The notes under the pieces were generated by a model that saw only the letters and a list, made by a program, of their open reading frames with translations, had not been told where the DNA came from and ran no database searches. DNA of 64,000 nucleotides from an uncultured delta proteobacterium. Lineage in GTDB: Bacteria > Desulfobacterota > Binatia > Binatales > Binataceae. The position numbers and the translations under genes are program-made. The stretch lies in assembly GCA_963788205.1 (NCBI GenBank), contig CAWBGG010000002.1:449988-513987 (forward strand), given 5' to 3'. Positions 28,901 to 37,116 of the stretch are shown in pieces. Every line of letters begins with the position of its first letter. Position 1 is the stretch's first letter.

Positions 28901-29408
28901 GTTGCCCGACGGTCAAGCCGCTGCCGAACGGCGCATTGTACTCGAATACCTGCACGCCGGTCGCGACGTAGAGGTTGCCCATCCCGTCGACCGCAACCGA
29001 ATTGGGCGCACAGAGACCGTTGCACGAGCTCGAGGACGCGTCGGCCTGGCCGATTACGATATTTCCGGCCGCGCCGTTAGCCAGCGCAGCGACGCTTTTC
29101 CATCCGATGACGCGATTGTTGGTGGTGTCCGCGACGAAAAGATGGCCCTGAGAGTCGATCGCCACGGCTTGGGGGTTTTGCAGCGCCCCCAAGCCGCCGA
29201 AGTTCAGCATGTTGTGGGAAAAATCGACCTGGCCCAGCACCACGTCAGCGGTGGTATCCCCGACGCTGCCCGGCGTGCCCGCGATCGCGACGATCGTAAT
29301 CAGCGCGATACTCGCGCCTCCGGCCACCAATCCCCCAAGTCGCGCACGACGACCGAATGACGCGGCGTACAGAGACATCATGCGTGCCACCTCCCACCCC
29401 CGTAACAA
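25998..29408 (-). CDS. Large secreted NHL-repeat beta-propeller protein (1136 aa) with a Pro/Thr/Ser linker and two C-terminal Ig-like (ASH / choice-of-anchor-D-like) domains
   Basis: At least 15 repeats of the L(Y/F)VAD..NNRVLE(F/Y) type; signal peptide; PTPSP linker; Ig-like tail similar to the tails of the Kelch and S53 proteins. Confidence 0.8.
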   Translation of the reverse strand: MLRGWEVARMMSLYAASFGRRARLGGLVAGGASIALITIVAIAGTPGSVGDTTADVVLGQVDFSHNMLNFGGLGALQNPQAVAIDSQGHLFVADTTNNRVIGWKSVAALANGAAGNIVIGQADASSSSCNGLCAPNSVAVDGMGNLYVATGVQVFEYNAPFGSGLTVGQQPNTTFVQPSPPFLNIAGLAVDPANNLYVADGGNNRVLEYNTPLSVTMAPGSGDTIADLVFGQDGSFSTTGCNDGTNLGDGNGVGADSLCSPTGVAADSMGNLYISDSGNNRVLEYDTPLAKTAVSGSGDTNADAVFGQQGAFATVCGTSNAGLCGPQGVALDAADNLYVADTANNRVLEYNTPLTNNINVPGSGDSIADNVFGQKGSFSATACSDGANGDPAPNSAGLCAPAGVVADPGGDLLVADTANNRALEFYTPLMKSGVPGSGDQTADLALGQIDLAHNIVNFGGAQAIALTTAYGTLFAGAAVDSSGHLYLADVLNNRVLGWKSAAAVTNALSADIVIGQPDAYSSYCTTTQTGLCFCSAGLNSLCSGTGKNAQKVGGGVAVDAAGNLYVADTGNNRVLEFSSPFNSGLLVGQAATLVFGQGGSFTANTCTSSAISKAPKTSSAGLCAPTGVALDLAGDLYAADQINNRVLEYNTPLAKTSVAGSGDTKPDTVFGQHGSFSLDSCNDGVAAGDANGLGPDSLCGPQGLAVDSANNLYVADQMNNRVLEYTAPLANPAAPNTTAAIVFGQGGSLDGNTCTTSSAGLCSPGAVALDLASNVYIADTGNNRVLEFNTPLTATPIAGSGNTIADDVFGQGGSYTAKLCSDGVSGDPVPSADGLCDPTGVAVDPSGDLFVADLPNNRLLKFDQPLAPIPGPTPSAVLTASPTPSPVPTPSPTPSAVPTASPTPTPTPSPTPSPTPTPSPTPAPTPQPSGKLQLSSRILNFGTVGTDTTRVLSFVIRNVGKGTLTGSVNASSLPVAISVVSGGGSFSLAKGHAERVKLVLAPTAAGSFAGEIELTSSDPKNPLAEVQVEGTANPGKIATPHLVDFGKVKIGKHSTRTFSVVNLGPGVLHGQVGTLSVPFQVTAGGGSTFTLRSGHSASISVTFAPLSTQLENATLTITSDDPVHPSVGILVSGSGK

Positions 29409-29479
29409 CCGTTAGCACGATTATACAGGCTGGGGCACGATTTTTTTCACGCTTGGCAGACGCGAGCAGGCCTGGCCGA

Positions 29480-29590
29480 AAACGAGACGAGCAGGGGGTC
29501 GGGCGTGGATGGTCAGGCCAGGATCGAAAGCGCGAGGGCGTCGAGAACGCGTCCGGCGGGGTCCAGCTTGTGGGCGGAACGACGTAGGCG
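29480..29590. repeat. Direct repeat A: copy of the last ~100 bp of kdkA (att-like), left boundary of an island
   Basis: About 90% identical to 33690-33800; would encode ...KLDPAGR.LDA.ALSILA. Confidence 0.6.
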
Positions 29591-29630
29591 ATCTGAGACC
29601 TGCATTTTGGCGGGAATCCTGAGCGCTGAC

Positions 29631-29690
29631 GTCATTCTCCTGCGTCTGTGTTGTCTGGCGCGCGAGGAATCCCGAGTCTTTTCTGCTCGC
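29631..29690. repeat. Solo hairpin unit of the MITE / GIY-YIG repeat family
   Basis: gtcattctcctgcgtctgtgttgtctggcgcgcgaggaatcccg. Confidence 0.5.
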
Positions 29691-29802
29691 TCGCGGCGAC
29701 GGACGCGTTTTGGGTGGCAGGTAGACCGCTTGTCCGGTCAAACTGTCGCGCCCCTGGCCGCTGGGATTGATCGGTGCGCTTCGATGTAGCTACTGTGGCC
29801 AC

Positions 29803-30096
29803 ATGCGGCCAGCGGCGGTCCGGGTCGGAGTGAGAGAACTCAAGAATTACCTGACATCTTATTTGAAGCTCGCCAAAAACGACCAGGAAGCCATCGTGAC
29901 CGAGCGCGGGAAGCCGATCGCCGTCATCCGGCCGGTGCGAGCGACCTCCGCGCTCAAGAGCCTGGAAGGCCGAATCGCGGCGTTGGCCGCCAGGGGAGAA
30001 ATCAGCGCTCCCGAGCGCGGGCTCGTTCGGCGCGTCAAGCGAGTGAGAATCGCCGGCCGTCCGATCTCCGAAGAGATCATCGCGGACAGGCGATGA
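29803..30096 (+). CDS. Phd/YefM family antitoxin
   Basis: VGVRELKNYLTSYLKLAKNDQEAIVTERGKPIAVIRPV. Confidence 0.7.
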   Translation: MRPAAVRVGVRELKNYLTSYLKLAKNDQEAIVTERGKPIAVIRPVRATSALKSLEGRIAALAARGEISAPERGLVRRVKRVRIAGRPISEEIIADRR

Positions 30097-30379
30097 ACTA
30101 CTTTTTTTGACAGCAGCGCGCTGATCAGGCGGTTTGTGGAAGAGGCCGGATCGAAGCGCGGCATTGATCGAAGCTGAGCCTCCGCCGGCGACGTCCAAGG
30201 TGGCTTATGCCGAGGTCCACGCCGGATTGGCGAGGAAGCTTCGAGAACGCGGCCTTACGCCGGCCGCCCATCGCAGCGCCTCGCGGACCTTCGACGCTCG
30301 CGGCGATGGGTCTTTCGTAACCAAGAAAAGCTGCCCTTCGTTCGGCGGGTGTCGCGCAAGAGCCTGTTTGCAAGCGTGA
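30093..30379 (+). pseudogene. Degraded VapC (PIN) toxin; ATG overlaps the phd stop (ATGA); at least two frame breaks (a T7 run at 30100-30107 and near 30150)
   Basis: MNYFF then stop. With one T removed it reads MNYFFDSSALIRRFVEEAGSKRGID, then continues in a third frame as ALIEAEPPPATSKVAYAEVHAGLARKL. Confidence 0.5.
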
Positions 30380-30638
30380 GCGGGTTGAACAGGTGGATCG
30401 CAAGCCGCACGTAAGTTAACAGGCGTAGTTTTCAGGACATTGCGAACCATCGGCGGCGTAGGGGAGCATCGTCCGAAGCCCGATCCTGCGGCTGTCGCGC
30501 CCGCGCGCCATCCCGCCCGCCCTCAATGAGAAGCAGCGGCGTTTCGCGTTACACGGTCCATCGCCTGATCCGGCGCTTCGGGCTCAAGCGCGAAGGCGGG
30601 GCGCGGTATACTTGACCCAAAGATCGGCCACTACCGGA

Positions 30639-31361
30639 TCAAGAACCGCCGTTAGGTACACCGTGCGAGAGGTCACGGAAGTCATTGTGGAAAATACACA
30701 CGATGGGTTTTGAGCCATAGAACAGCAAAACCCACATTGAGAACGCAGTACCAATCAAGTACGAAGACTCGAAAGTGTTTGGATAGCATAGCCCCGGCTT
30801 GCATGCTGCGAGCATTTTCTGTAACTCCGTATCGACTTTAGAAGGGTGGTCGAGAATCCCCCAACGGAACACCGTGTCGGCAGACAGGATGCGCCCGGTG
30901 TGGTGAAAGCAAAGGGCGCGGACAGTTTTTTTCAGGCCGGGGGAAAAGCGGCTTCGGTCAAATTGAATCGCTCCTGTAACATCCGGCGGTAAGTCTTCTT
31001 CAAGCTCTTCACGCAGAAGTATTCCCTTGGCGACGTGTTCTCGTAGAGGTTTGTTGCGGCGAAACGCGCGCGTGACCGCATCACCCGGAGCCGAACTGTT
31101 GACTGATCCATCGTCGGCCATGCCAGCGAGAATGTTTCGTACATAGTCCTCTGATTCGGAATACTGCGCCTGGCACTCGTAGTGCGCGGGCAAAGTAACC
31201 AGGTTGGATGGCAGGGGCGACTTGAAGAAAGCTTGCGCCACTGCGTGGTCCCGCGAATCAGCGCCGGGTAGCCCGCACAAGTAACAGATTCTGTCGATCT
31301 TCTCGACCCCCATAAAAACCTCACACCACTTTTCCTCTTCGGCGCGCCGAACCGGCAACAC
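30639..31361 (-). CDS. HNH-like endonuclease domain protein (240 aa) in a lower-GC islet
   Basis: CYLCGLPGADSRDHAVAQAFF resembles the CxxCG...DH core of HNH; AT-richer codon usage. Confidence 0.4.
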   Translation of the reverse strand: MLPVRRAEEEKWCEVFMGVEKIDRICYLCGLPGADSRDHAVAQAFFKSPLPSNLVTLPAHYECQAQYSESEDYVRNILAGMADDGSVNSSAPGDAVTRAFRRNKPLREHVAKGILLREELEEDLPPDVTGAIQFDRSRFSPGLKKTVRALCFHHTGRILSADTVFRWGILDHPSKVDTELQKMLAACKPGLCYPNTFESSYLIGTAFSMWVLLFYGSKPIVCIFHNDFRDLSHGVPNGGS

Positions 31362-31503
31362 CGGCGCTCCGCATTTCGAGCAGAACGTATACCGCGCCCC
31401 TGAAAGTATCTGAACCGCACTTCGGGCAAGTCATCGTCGCTGCGCGAGATTCTACGCCGCCGCTTGCCGCAAGTCGATCACGTCGCCGCGCGATTCTCGC
31501 CGG

Positions 31504-31875
31504 TCAATGGGTTGCGTGTCTAGCCAACGCTCGTATGTAGGCACGCGCGCACTCCGAGGACAGCTTTTCGCTTGCTTGGCTCGGATGCAGGACTTCCTTC
31601 TTGTCAGGTCCGGTCATCGCCCCAATGCACATCCAAGAATAAGGTGGTGTTGGCTCTTGCCCAATTAGGCTGTCTAGGGCGAACGCGAACCGAACGCCCG
31701 ACCCGTCGTAGTCAATGATCCGGCTGACGATGGGCGGGCGCGGATTATCGTAGAGGCTTGAATCGTCGTGATCTGGACGACCGCACGCCTTGATGATCTC
31801 GTCGAAATCGTCTGCGCATGCGAGTGTAACGGAAGCAACGAGGAACATGATCACGATACCTACGAGCTTGTTCAT
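31504..31875 (-). CDS. Small lipoprotein (signal peptide, lipobox LAC)
   Basis: MNKLVGIVIMFLVASVTLAC; overlaps the upstream gene by 4 bp (ATGA). Confidence 0.5.
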   Translation of the reverse strand: MNKLVGIVIMFLVASVTLACADDFDEIIKACGRPDHDDSSLYDNPRPPIVSRIIDYDGSGVRFAFALDSLIGQEPTPPYSWMCIGAMTGPDKKEVLHPSQASEKLSSECARAYIRALARHATH

Positions 31876-32882
31876 CGTTTTGGACCCGCCTTCTGAAAGG
31901 TGATCGTCATTCCGCCGAATGCGCCGTGAGGATTGTTGAGGCTGGCTAGGTCGGTGGAGTTACCGTAAACGGAATCAAACTGGAGCGTCAGGCCGCAGAA
32001 TTTAACATTTTTGGTCTGCTTGTCGTTCGCGGTCATAATGTCGTTGGGGTCATATGTTGTAGTCTCGCCAGTGAAGCGCGCCTTCGGTTTCGCGCGGTTC
32101 TCGATGAACCGCGCCAACTCCGCTTTGCCGAGATTCGGGCAGGCGTTGCGTGTCATCGCGGCGATTACCTCTTCGGCTCCGGTCTTGTCGTAATCATCTT
32201 GCGTTGTAGCCATGAATGGATCAGCCGGAAGCGCTGCCGCGACCGATTTCACGGTTCGATTATCGGCCAACCTAATGTCGAGGTGCACACCCGTGGTCAT
32301 TCCGGGGTCGCGCACTCCCGGCAGAAAGCCGGTAATGAAGATCGCGTGCTCGAAGAGCACGTTGCCGTTCACGTCTACTTTGTCTGGAGTGTAGAGGCTA
32401 TCCACATCCACGAGGTAATCGTCGGTGACAGCCAATGTTTGCGCTAGCGTGGCGACGCAAGTATGTGTGTCGCGTCCGACGCAACCTGACCGCATCTGGC
32501 CCGTTTTGATTTGCTGGATTTTGGCGAGAATGTCGTTGATGGCGGAGCGGTTAGTCTCGTACCACTGCCGATATGCGTCGCGTTTTATATCCTGCACTCC
32601 CATTCCAAAACCAGGGTAGTAGCCAGCAGGGGAGCCAGGCACCGGCTGGTCGCCCTCTATGCCTTGCATGTTTTGTCTTCCCTGCATCCCCTGCATCCAT
32701 TCCATTCCCTGCGCGACTTGCGGCCCCGGTGTCGCCACCGGCGGTTGCAAGTTTTCGACCTGCATTTCTTGGCTTCGCGGCACCGATTGCGTTGTCTGCA
32801 TGACTTGCGGCCCCGGCGTCGTCGCAGCGCAGGCCGCGAGAGCAAGCAACGTTGCGGACACAACGATATAGGTGATTTTCAT
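31872..32882 (-). CDS. Lipoprotein (336 aa; lipobox LAAC; Q/M-rich N-terminal repeats)
   Basis: MKITYIVVSATLLALAAC; MQGMQGRQNMQG repeats; no known domain. Confidence 0.5.
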   Translation of the reverse strand: MKITYIVVSATLLALAACAATTPGPQVMQTTQSVPRSQEMQVENLQPPVATPGPQVAQGMEWMQGMQGRQNMQGIEGDQPVPGSPAGYYPGFGMGVQDIKRDAYRQWYETNRSAINDILAKIQQIKTGQMRSGCVGRDTHTCVATLAQTLAVTDDYLVDVDSLYTPDKVDVNGNVLFEHAIFITGFLPGVRDPGMTTGVHLDIRLADNRTVKSVAAALPADPFMATTQDDYDKTGAEEVIAAMTRNACPNLGKAELARFIENRAKPKARFTGETTTYDPNDIMTANDKQTKNVKFCGLTLQFDSVYGNSTDLASLNNPHGAFGGMTITFQKAGPKR

Positions 32883-33382
32883 GCCCGGTTTTCCCCTCGC
32901 CCCGACGAACCTTCAGGATACGCCGCGAAGATACGCCGCGTTGTCCGCGCCGCGCAAGCGCAGCACGCTCAGCGCCGCCACGTCGCCGCAGGCCGCAGAT
33001 CGATCACGTCGCCGCGCGGTTTCTCGCCGGTCAAAATCTCGCGCAACCGAGCATCCCGCTTGACGAGCGCCGCGCGTTGCAAAAACTGTCACCAAACTGT
33101 CACCACTTCCGCCGACCACTATCGGTTTTTAGGGTCTCTATCGGTCTCTTCAAAACGCAGGAAACCCTCATTTGACGGCCTTTTCTGCATTTTAGCGACC
33201 GATGCCGGATCGGCTCAAAAGAATCCTAAGTCCGGCGCGTCTGCCATTCTGCCGATTACCCCGACGCGGCACGACTTTTTCCGCACTTGGCCGAAACGGG
33301 TAGTGGGTCAATTTAAGAATTCCGTTGTTGATCCCTGGCCTGCGGCTCGGAGTTTGTGAGTTGTTGACTCACGGTGGCAGCG

Positions 33383-33525
33383 GGCGACCCTCACCGCGAG
33401 CGCGCTTGACGCGCGCTCGCCGCCTCTCCCTGGTCAGGGAGAGGCAGTTAAGATCGCGTCGCGATTTCTGGTCTGCGCCTCTCCCTGAGCAGGGAGAGGC
33501 CGGCGCTGCGCCGGGTGAGGGTTGC
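33383..33525. repeat. Nested palindrome cluster (REP-like): outer IR CGACCCTCACCG / CGGGTGAGGGT enclosing three or four GC-rich hairpins (GCCTCTCCCTG-N-CAGGGAGAGGC, twice)
   Basis: Palindromes read directly; about 200 bp downstream of the kdkA stop, at the end of the lipid A operon. Confidence 0.5.
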
Positions 33526-33689
33526 CTGCTGCTGCCCAGAGCAATTCGCCAGCTCCGGGCCCTTGGGCTTCGCGCAGGGTAAACTCCCCGGGCGCCTGTC
33601 CCGAGTCTATCGAGGGCAATCTACGCGGAGTGATTCGTCTTCGCCACACGCCCGTCACTTCAAGCTGACCCACTACTCAGATGCGCGGA

Positions 33690-33800
33690 GGTTGGCCCAG
33701 ACGAGGGGAGCAGCTGGCCGGGCGACGATGGTCAGGCCAGAATCGAGAGCGCGCGGGCGTCGAGGAAGCGTCCGGCGGGGTCCAGCTTGCGGGCGGAACG
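33690..33800. repeat. Direct repeat B: authentic 3' end of kdkA, partner of 29480-29590
   Basis: Sequence identity to repeat A. Confidence 0.6.
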
Positions 33801-34490
33801 GCGTAGGCGATCCGAGTTCCGGCGGCAAAGTCCTGGCGCCAGTGGCGGGTCGAACAGTTGTGCCTTGTCTAGGTCTAGGATAATCACGGCGAAGCTTTCG
33901 CCGATCTTGGTGACGAACAGGTTGTGCAGATTCAAGTCGGCGTGAAACAGGCCGCGCGCCTGCATGGTCTGAATCGCTAGACGGGCCTGCTCCAGCACAT
34001 GGCTTCTTACCAGCGGGTCCTGGTCGGTGCGCAACAACTCCCACAGCGTCATGCCAGGAATCGCGCGGGTCAGAAAGAAGCCGCGGTACAGCATCGGCGC
34101 CACCCACTCGACCATCGCGCCCATCGGGTCGGCGACCGGGATGCCCCTCCGCCGCGCCTCGAGCGTTACTTTAAGTTCGCGCAGCGGCCTTGGATTGACG
34201 CCGACATAGAGGCCGGTGAAGACCATTCGCATCAGTCCGCCGCGGCGGGCCGCGCGCGCGACCATCTCGGGCGCGCCCGCTATCGCGAGGCGATAGGCGC
34301 TGGCGCGATTACCCTCGCCGGCGCGCGGCGAGGCGGTCAGGTCGCCGAGCGCGGCCACGATCGCAGGGGCGAGGGCCGCCAGCGATTTGCGCAGATACAG
34401 CACCCGCCTGCCGAACCTGAGTGTCGTCAGGTCGGGATCCGGAGCCGGGGCGGCGCGCGGGATCATCGCGGGCGAAATCGGGCGAGTCAC
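33732..34490 (-). CDS. kdkA: 3-deoxy-D-manno-octulosonic acid (Kdo) kinase-like protein (Kdo/WaaP kinase family)
   Basis: Family-typical FHADLNLHNLFV...ILDLD; location downstream of waaA-lpxK. Confidence 0.7.
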   Translation of the reverse strand: MTRPISPAMIPRAAPAPDPDLTTLRFGRRVLYLRKSLAALAPAIVAALGDLTASPRAGEGNRASAYRLAIAGAPEMVARAARRGGLMRMVFTGLYVGVNPRPLRELKVTLEARRRGIPVADPMGAMVEWVAPMLYRGFFLTRAIPGMTLWELLRTDQDPLVRSHVLEQARLAIQTMQARGLFHADLNLHNLFVTKIGESFAVIILDLDKAQLFDPPLAPGLCRRNSDRLRRSARKLDPAGRFLDARALSILA

Positions 34491-34657
34491 TTCAACGGCT
34501 GGGCTTCGTCGATCAGCATGATCGGAATGTCGTCTTTGATCTGATACAGCAGCTTGCAGGCGTCACAGATGAGTCCGTCCTGCTTGTCGGTTAAGCGCAA
34601 GTTCCCCTTGCACTTCGGGCAGGCCAGGATATCGAGCAGGTCTTGACTGACGGCCAT
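34487..34657 (-). CDS. ycaR: Trm112/YcaR-family zinc-ribbon protein (56 aa), missing from the ORF track
   Basis: Manual translation MAVSQDLLDILACPKCKGNLRLTDKQDGLICDACKLLYQIKDDIPIMLIDEAQPLK; classic lpxK-ycaR synteny. Confidence 0.6.
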   Translation of the reverse strand: MAVSQDLLDILACPKCKGNLRLTDKQDGLICDACKLLYQIKDDIPIMLIDEAQPLK

Positions 34658-34684
34658 TGTACGAACCTCCTTCTAAAGAGCGGA

Positions 34685-35824
34685 TCACGCGGGCACGGCT
34701 TTGCGGGCAAGATGCCCGCCGCCGACTATCATGGCGCCGGCGATCATGTCGATCAGCCGCGCGCTGGCTTTCTCGTCCATCGCGACTTCGAGCCGCAAAG
34801 CGTATAGCGAATCGCGCGGAAACGGAAATCGGTCGAGCTTGACCAGATCCTTTTCGGTAGTGAGCACCATCTCGGCGTGGCGCGCGGCGTCCGAAATCGT
34901 CTGCCAATCGGCGGCGGTGTACTGGTGATGGTCCGGATATTCGAGCACGCCGGCTAGCTCCGCGTCGTGCTCGCGGAGCATCGCATAGAAAGTATTGGCG
35001 TCGGCCAGGCCGCTGACTGCGAGCACGCGCCGCCCCACGATCGCGAGCGGGGTCTCATGCCAGCGTCCCATTTCGGCGTGCACGAGGCATCGCGGGCGAA
35101 GCGTGGCGTGAAACAGGTTCGGCTGCTCGAGCTTCGCGCGCTGCGCCGGGGTCAGCGAATCAGCGGCCTGATCGCGCCCGATCAGGACCACGGCGTTGGC
35201 CCGGCGCGCGGCGCTGAGCGGCTCGCGCATCGGTCCCGCCGGCAGCAGCCATCCGTTGCCCAGCCCGCGCTCGGTGTTCACCAACAGAATGTCGAAATCG
35301 CGGGTGAGGCGGATATGCTGAAAGGCGTCGTCGAGCACGATCGCGTCGACCGGCGCGCTCCGTTGGAGCAGCTTGATGCCATCGATCCGGCGGCGTGCGA
35401 CCGCGATCGGGCCGCCGAACTGGCGCGCCATCATCACCGGCTCGTCACCGGCGTGCGCGGGAGTGAGCAGGATCTGATGACCGTCGGAGACCAGCGCGGC
35501 GCGGCCGCTCGCCAGCCGTCCCCGGTAGCCCCGGCTCACGATTCCAACCCGCGCGCCACGCTCGGCGAGCTTTTGAGCCAGGAAGATCGTAAAAGGCGTC
35601 TTGCCGCTTCCGCCGACGGTGAGATTGCCCACGCTGATCGTCGGCAGGCCGGGACGCTGGTGCATCAACCTCCAGAACGCGGAGCGCATCTTAAGCGCGC
35701 CCGCATATAGCGCCGCCGCCGGCACGCTCGGCAGCCACAATCCGGTTTCGTACCATCGCAGGTGCTCGCGCCAGAGTCTTTCAACGAAGGGACGCTTGCG
35801 AACCGCCGAGCGACCGAGCATCAC
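34685..35824 (-). CDS. lpxK: Tetraacyldisaccharide 4'-kinase
   Basis: P-loop GNLTVGGSGKTP; full-length LpxK. Confidence 0.85.
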   Translation of the reverse strand: MMLGRSAVRKRPFVERLWREHLRWYETGLWLPSVPAAALYAGALKMRSAFWRLMHQRPGLPTISVGNLTVGGSGKTPFTIFLAQKLAERGARVGIVSRGYRGRLASGRAALVSDGHQILLTPAHAGDEPVMMARQFGGPIAVARRRIDGIKLLQRSAPVDAIVLDDAFQHIRLTRDFDILLVNTERGLGNGWLLPAGPMREPLSAARRANAVVLIGRDQAADSLTPAQRAKLEQPNLFHATLRPRCLVHAEMGRWHETPLAIVGRRVLAVSGLADANTFYAMLREHDAELAGVLEYPDHHQYTAADWQTISDAARHAEMVLTTEKDLVKLDRFPFPRDSLYALRLEVAMDEKASARLIDMIAGAMIVGGGHLARKAVPA

Positions 35825-37089
35825 GAAAGGCTAGCCAGCGCCCGCAGACGCATCAAGCTGAGCGCCGTGCTGCCCGCCATCCGGTCGAGCGCGGCGCGCG
35901 CGTTTTTTCCGGCGGCGCGACGCTTTGATTCATCGGCCAGCAGGGGCGAGCAGGCCGCGGCCAGCTCGTCGGCGTCGTTGATGATCCGAGCGCCGCCGCC
36001 GGCGACCAACGCCGAGACCAACTGCTGATGCGATTGGTGGAAGGGACCGACCAGCACCGGCACCGCGACTGCCGCCGGTTCCGCAACACTCTGACCGCCG
36101 CGTCCGGGCGCGATGCTGCCGCCGACGAACGCGACCGTCGCGTGGCGATAGAGCGCGCGCAGCTCGCCCATCGTGTCGAGAATCAGCACGCGCGGCGCCG
36201 TCGATCCGTCGATGCGGAGCGTGGTCGCGTTGACGTACTCGAGTCCGGCGCTCCGGAGCGTGGCTTCCACCGCGGGAACGCGGTCCAGATGACGCGGCGC
36301 GATCGCGAGGGCCAAATCGGGGCAGCTTCGCAACAGAATCGAGTAAGCCTCGATCACGATTTGCTCTTCGCCCGGCGCGGTCGATCCCGCAACCAGCAGC
36401 GGTCTCCGCGCGGCGAAGGCGTCGAGCTCGGGCCGCAATGCAGCGCGGGCGGAGCAGCTTTCGAGGTCATACTTGGAATTGCCAGCTACGACGATTCGAT
36501 CGCCCGGCGCGCCAAGCTGCCGGTAGCGCGCAGCGTCGTCCTTGGTCTGGGCGAGGATCAGATCAACGTCGCCCAGCGCCTGGGCGAAAAGCGGCTGCAC
36601 CCATTGATAGCGAGTGAGCGATCGCGCCGAGATATGGCCGTTCAAGATCGCGACCTTGGCGCCCGAGCGATGCGCCTCGAAAAAGTAGTTGGGCCACAGC
36701 TCGGTTTCTGCGATCAGCACGGTCGTCGGCCGAATCGAGTCGAGAAATCGCCTGACCACGCGCGGCGAATCCAGCGGCGCGAGCGCATAGCGATGCGCTG
36801 CGGGAATCCGCCGGCGCGCTGCGTCGCGCCCGGCCTCGGTCATCGTGGTGACGGCCAGGAACGAATTGGGCAACTCGCGCATCAGTCCCAGGACCACCGG
36901 CCGCGCGCCTTCGATTTCACCGACCGAGGATGCATGCAGCCAGATTCGCGGACCGCTGGCTGCAGGCTCCGCGGGAGGCTCAACTCGGCCCAGCCGCTCG
37001 CGCCGATTATCGCCGCGATTGCCGCCCGAGAAGTAAAGCGCGATCGGCAGCGCCGGATACCATAGCGCGTTGTAGAGCTGTCTGAGCAC
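35821..37089 (-). CDS. waaA: Kdo transferase WaaA (KdtA)
   Basis: WLHASSVGE...ETELWPN motifs; 422 aa. Confidence 0.85.
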   Translation of the reverse strand: MLRQLYNALWYPALPIALYFSGGNRGDNRRERLGRVEPPAEPAASGPRIWLHASSVGEIEGARPVVLGLMRELPNSFLAVTTMTEAGRDAARRRIPAAHRYALAPLDSPRVVRRFLDSIRPTTVLIAETELWPNYFFEAHRSGAKVAILNGHISARSLTRYQWVQPLFAQALGDVDLILAQTKDDAARYRQLGAPGDRIVVAGNSKYDLESCSARAALRPELDAFAARRPLLVAGSTAPGEEQIVIEAYSILLRSCPDLALAIAPRHLDRVPAVEATLRSAGLEYVNATTLRIDGSTAPRVLILDTMGELRALYRHATVAFVGGSIAPGRGGQSVAEPAAVAVPVLVGPFHQSHQQLVSALVAGGGARIINDADELAAACSPLLADESKRRAAGKNARAALDRMAGSTALSLMRLRALASLS

Positions 37090-37116
37090 CCGGCAGGTTC
37101 GCGCCGCCGCGCGCCG

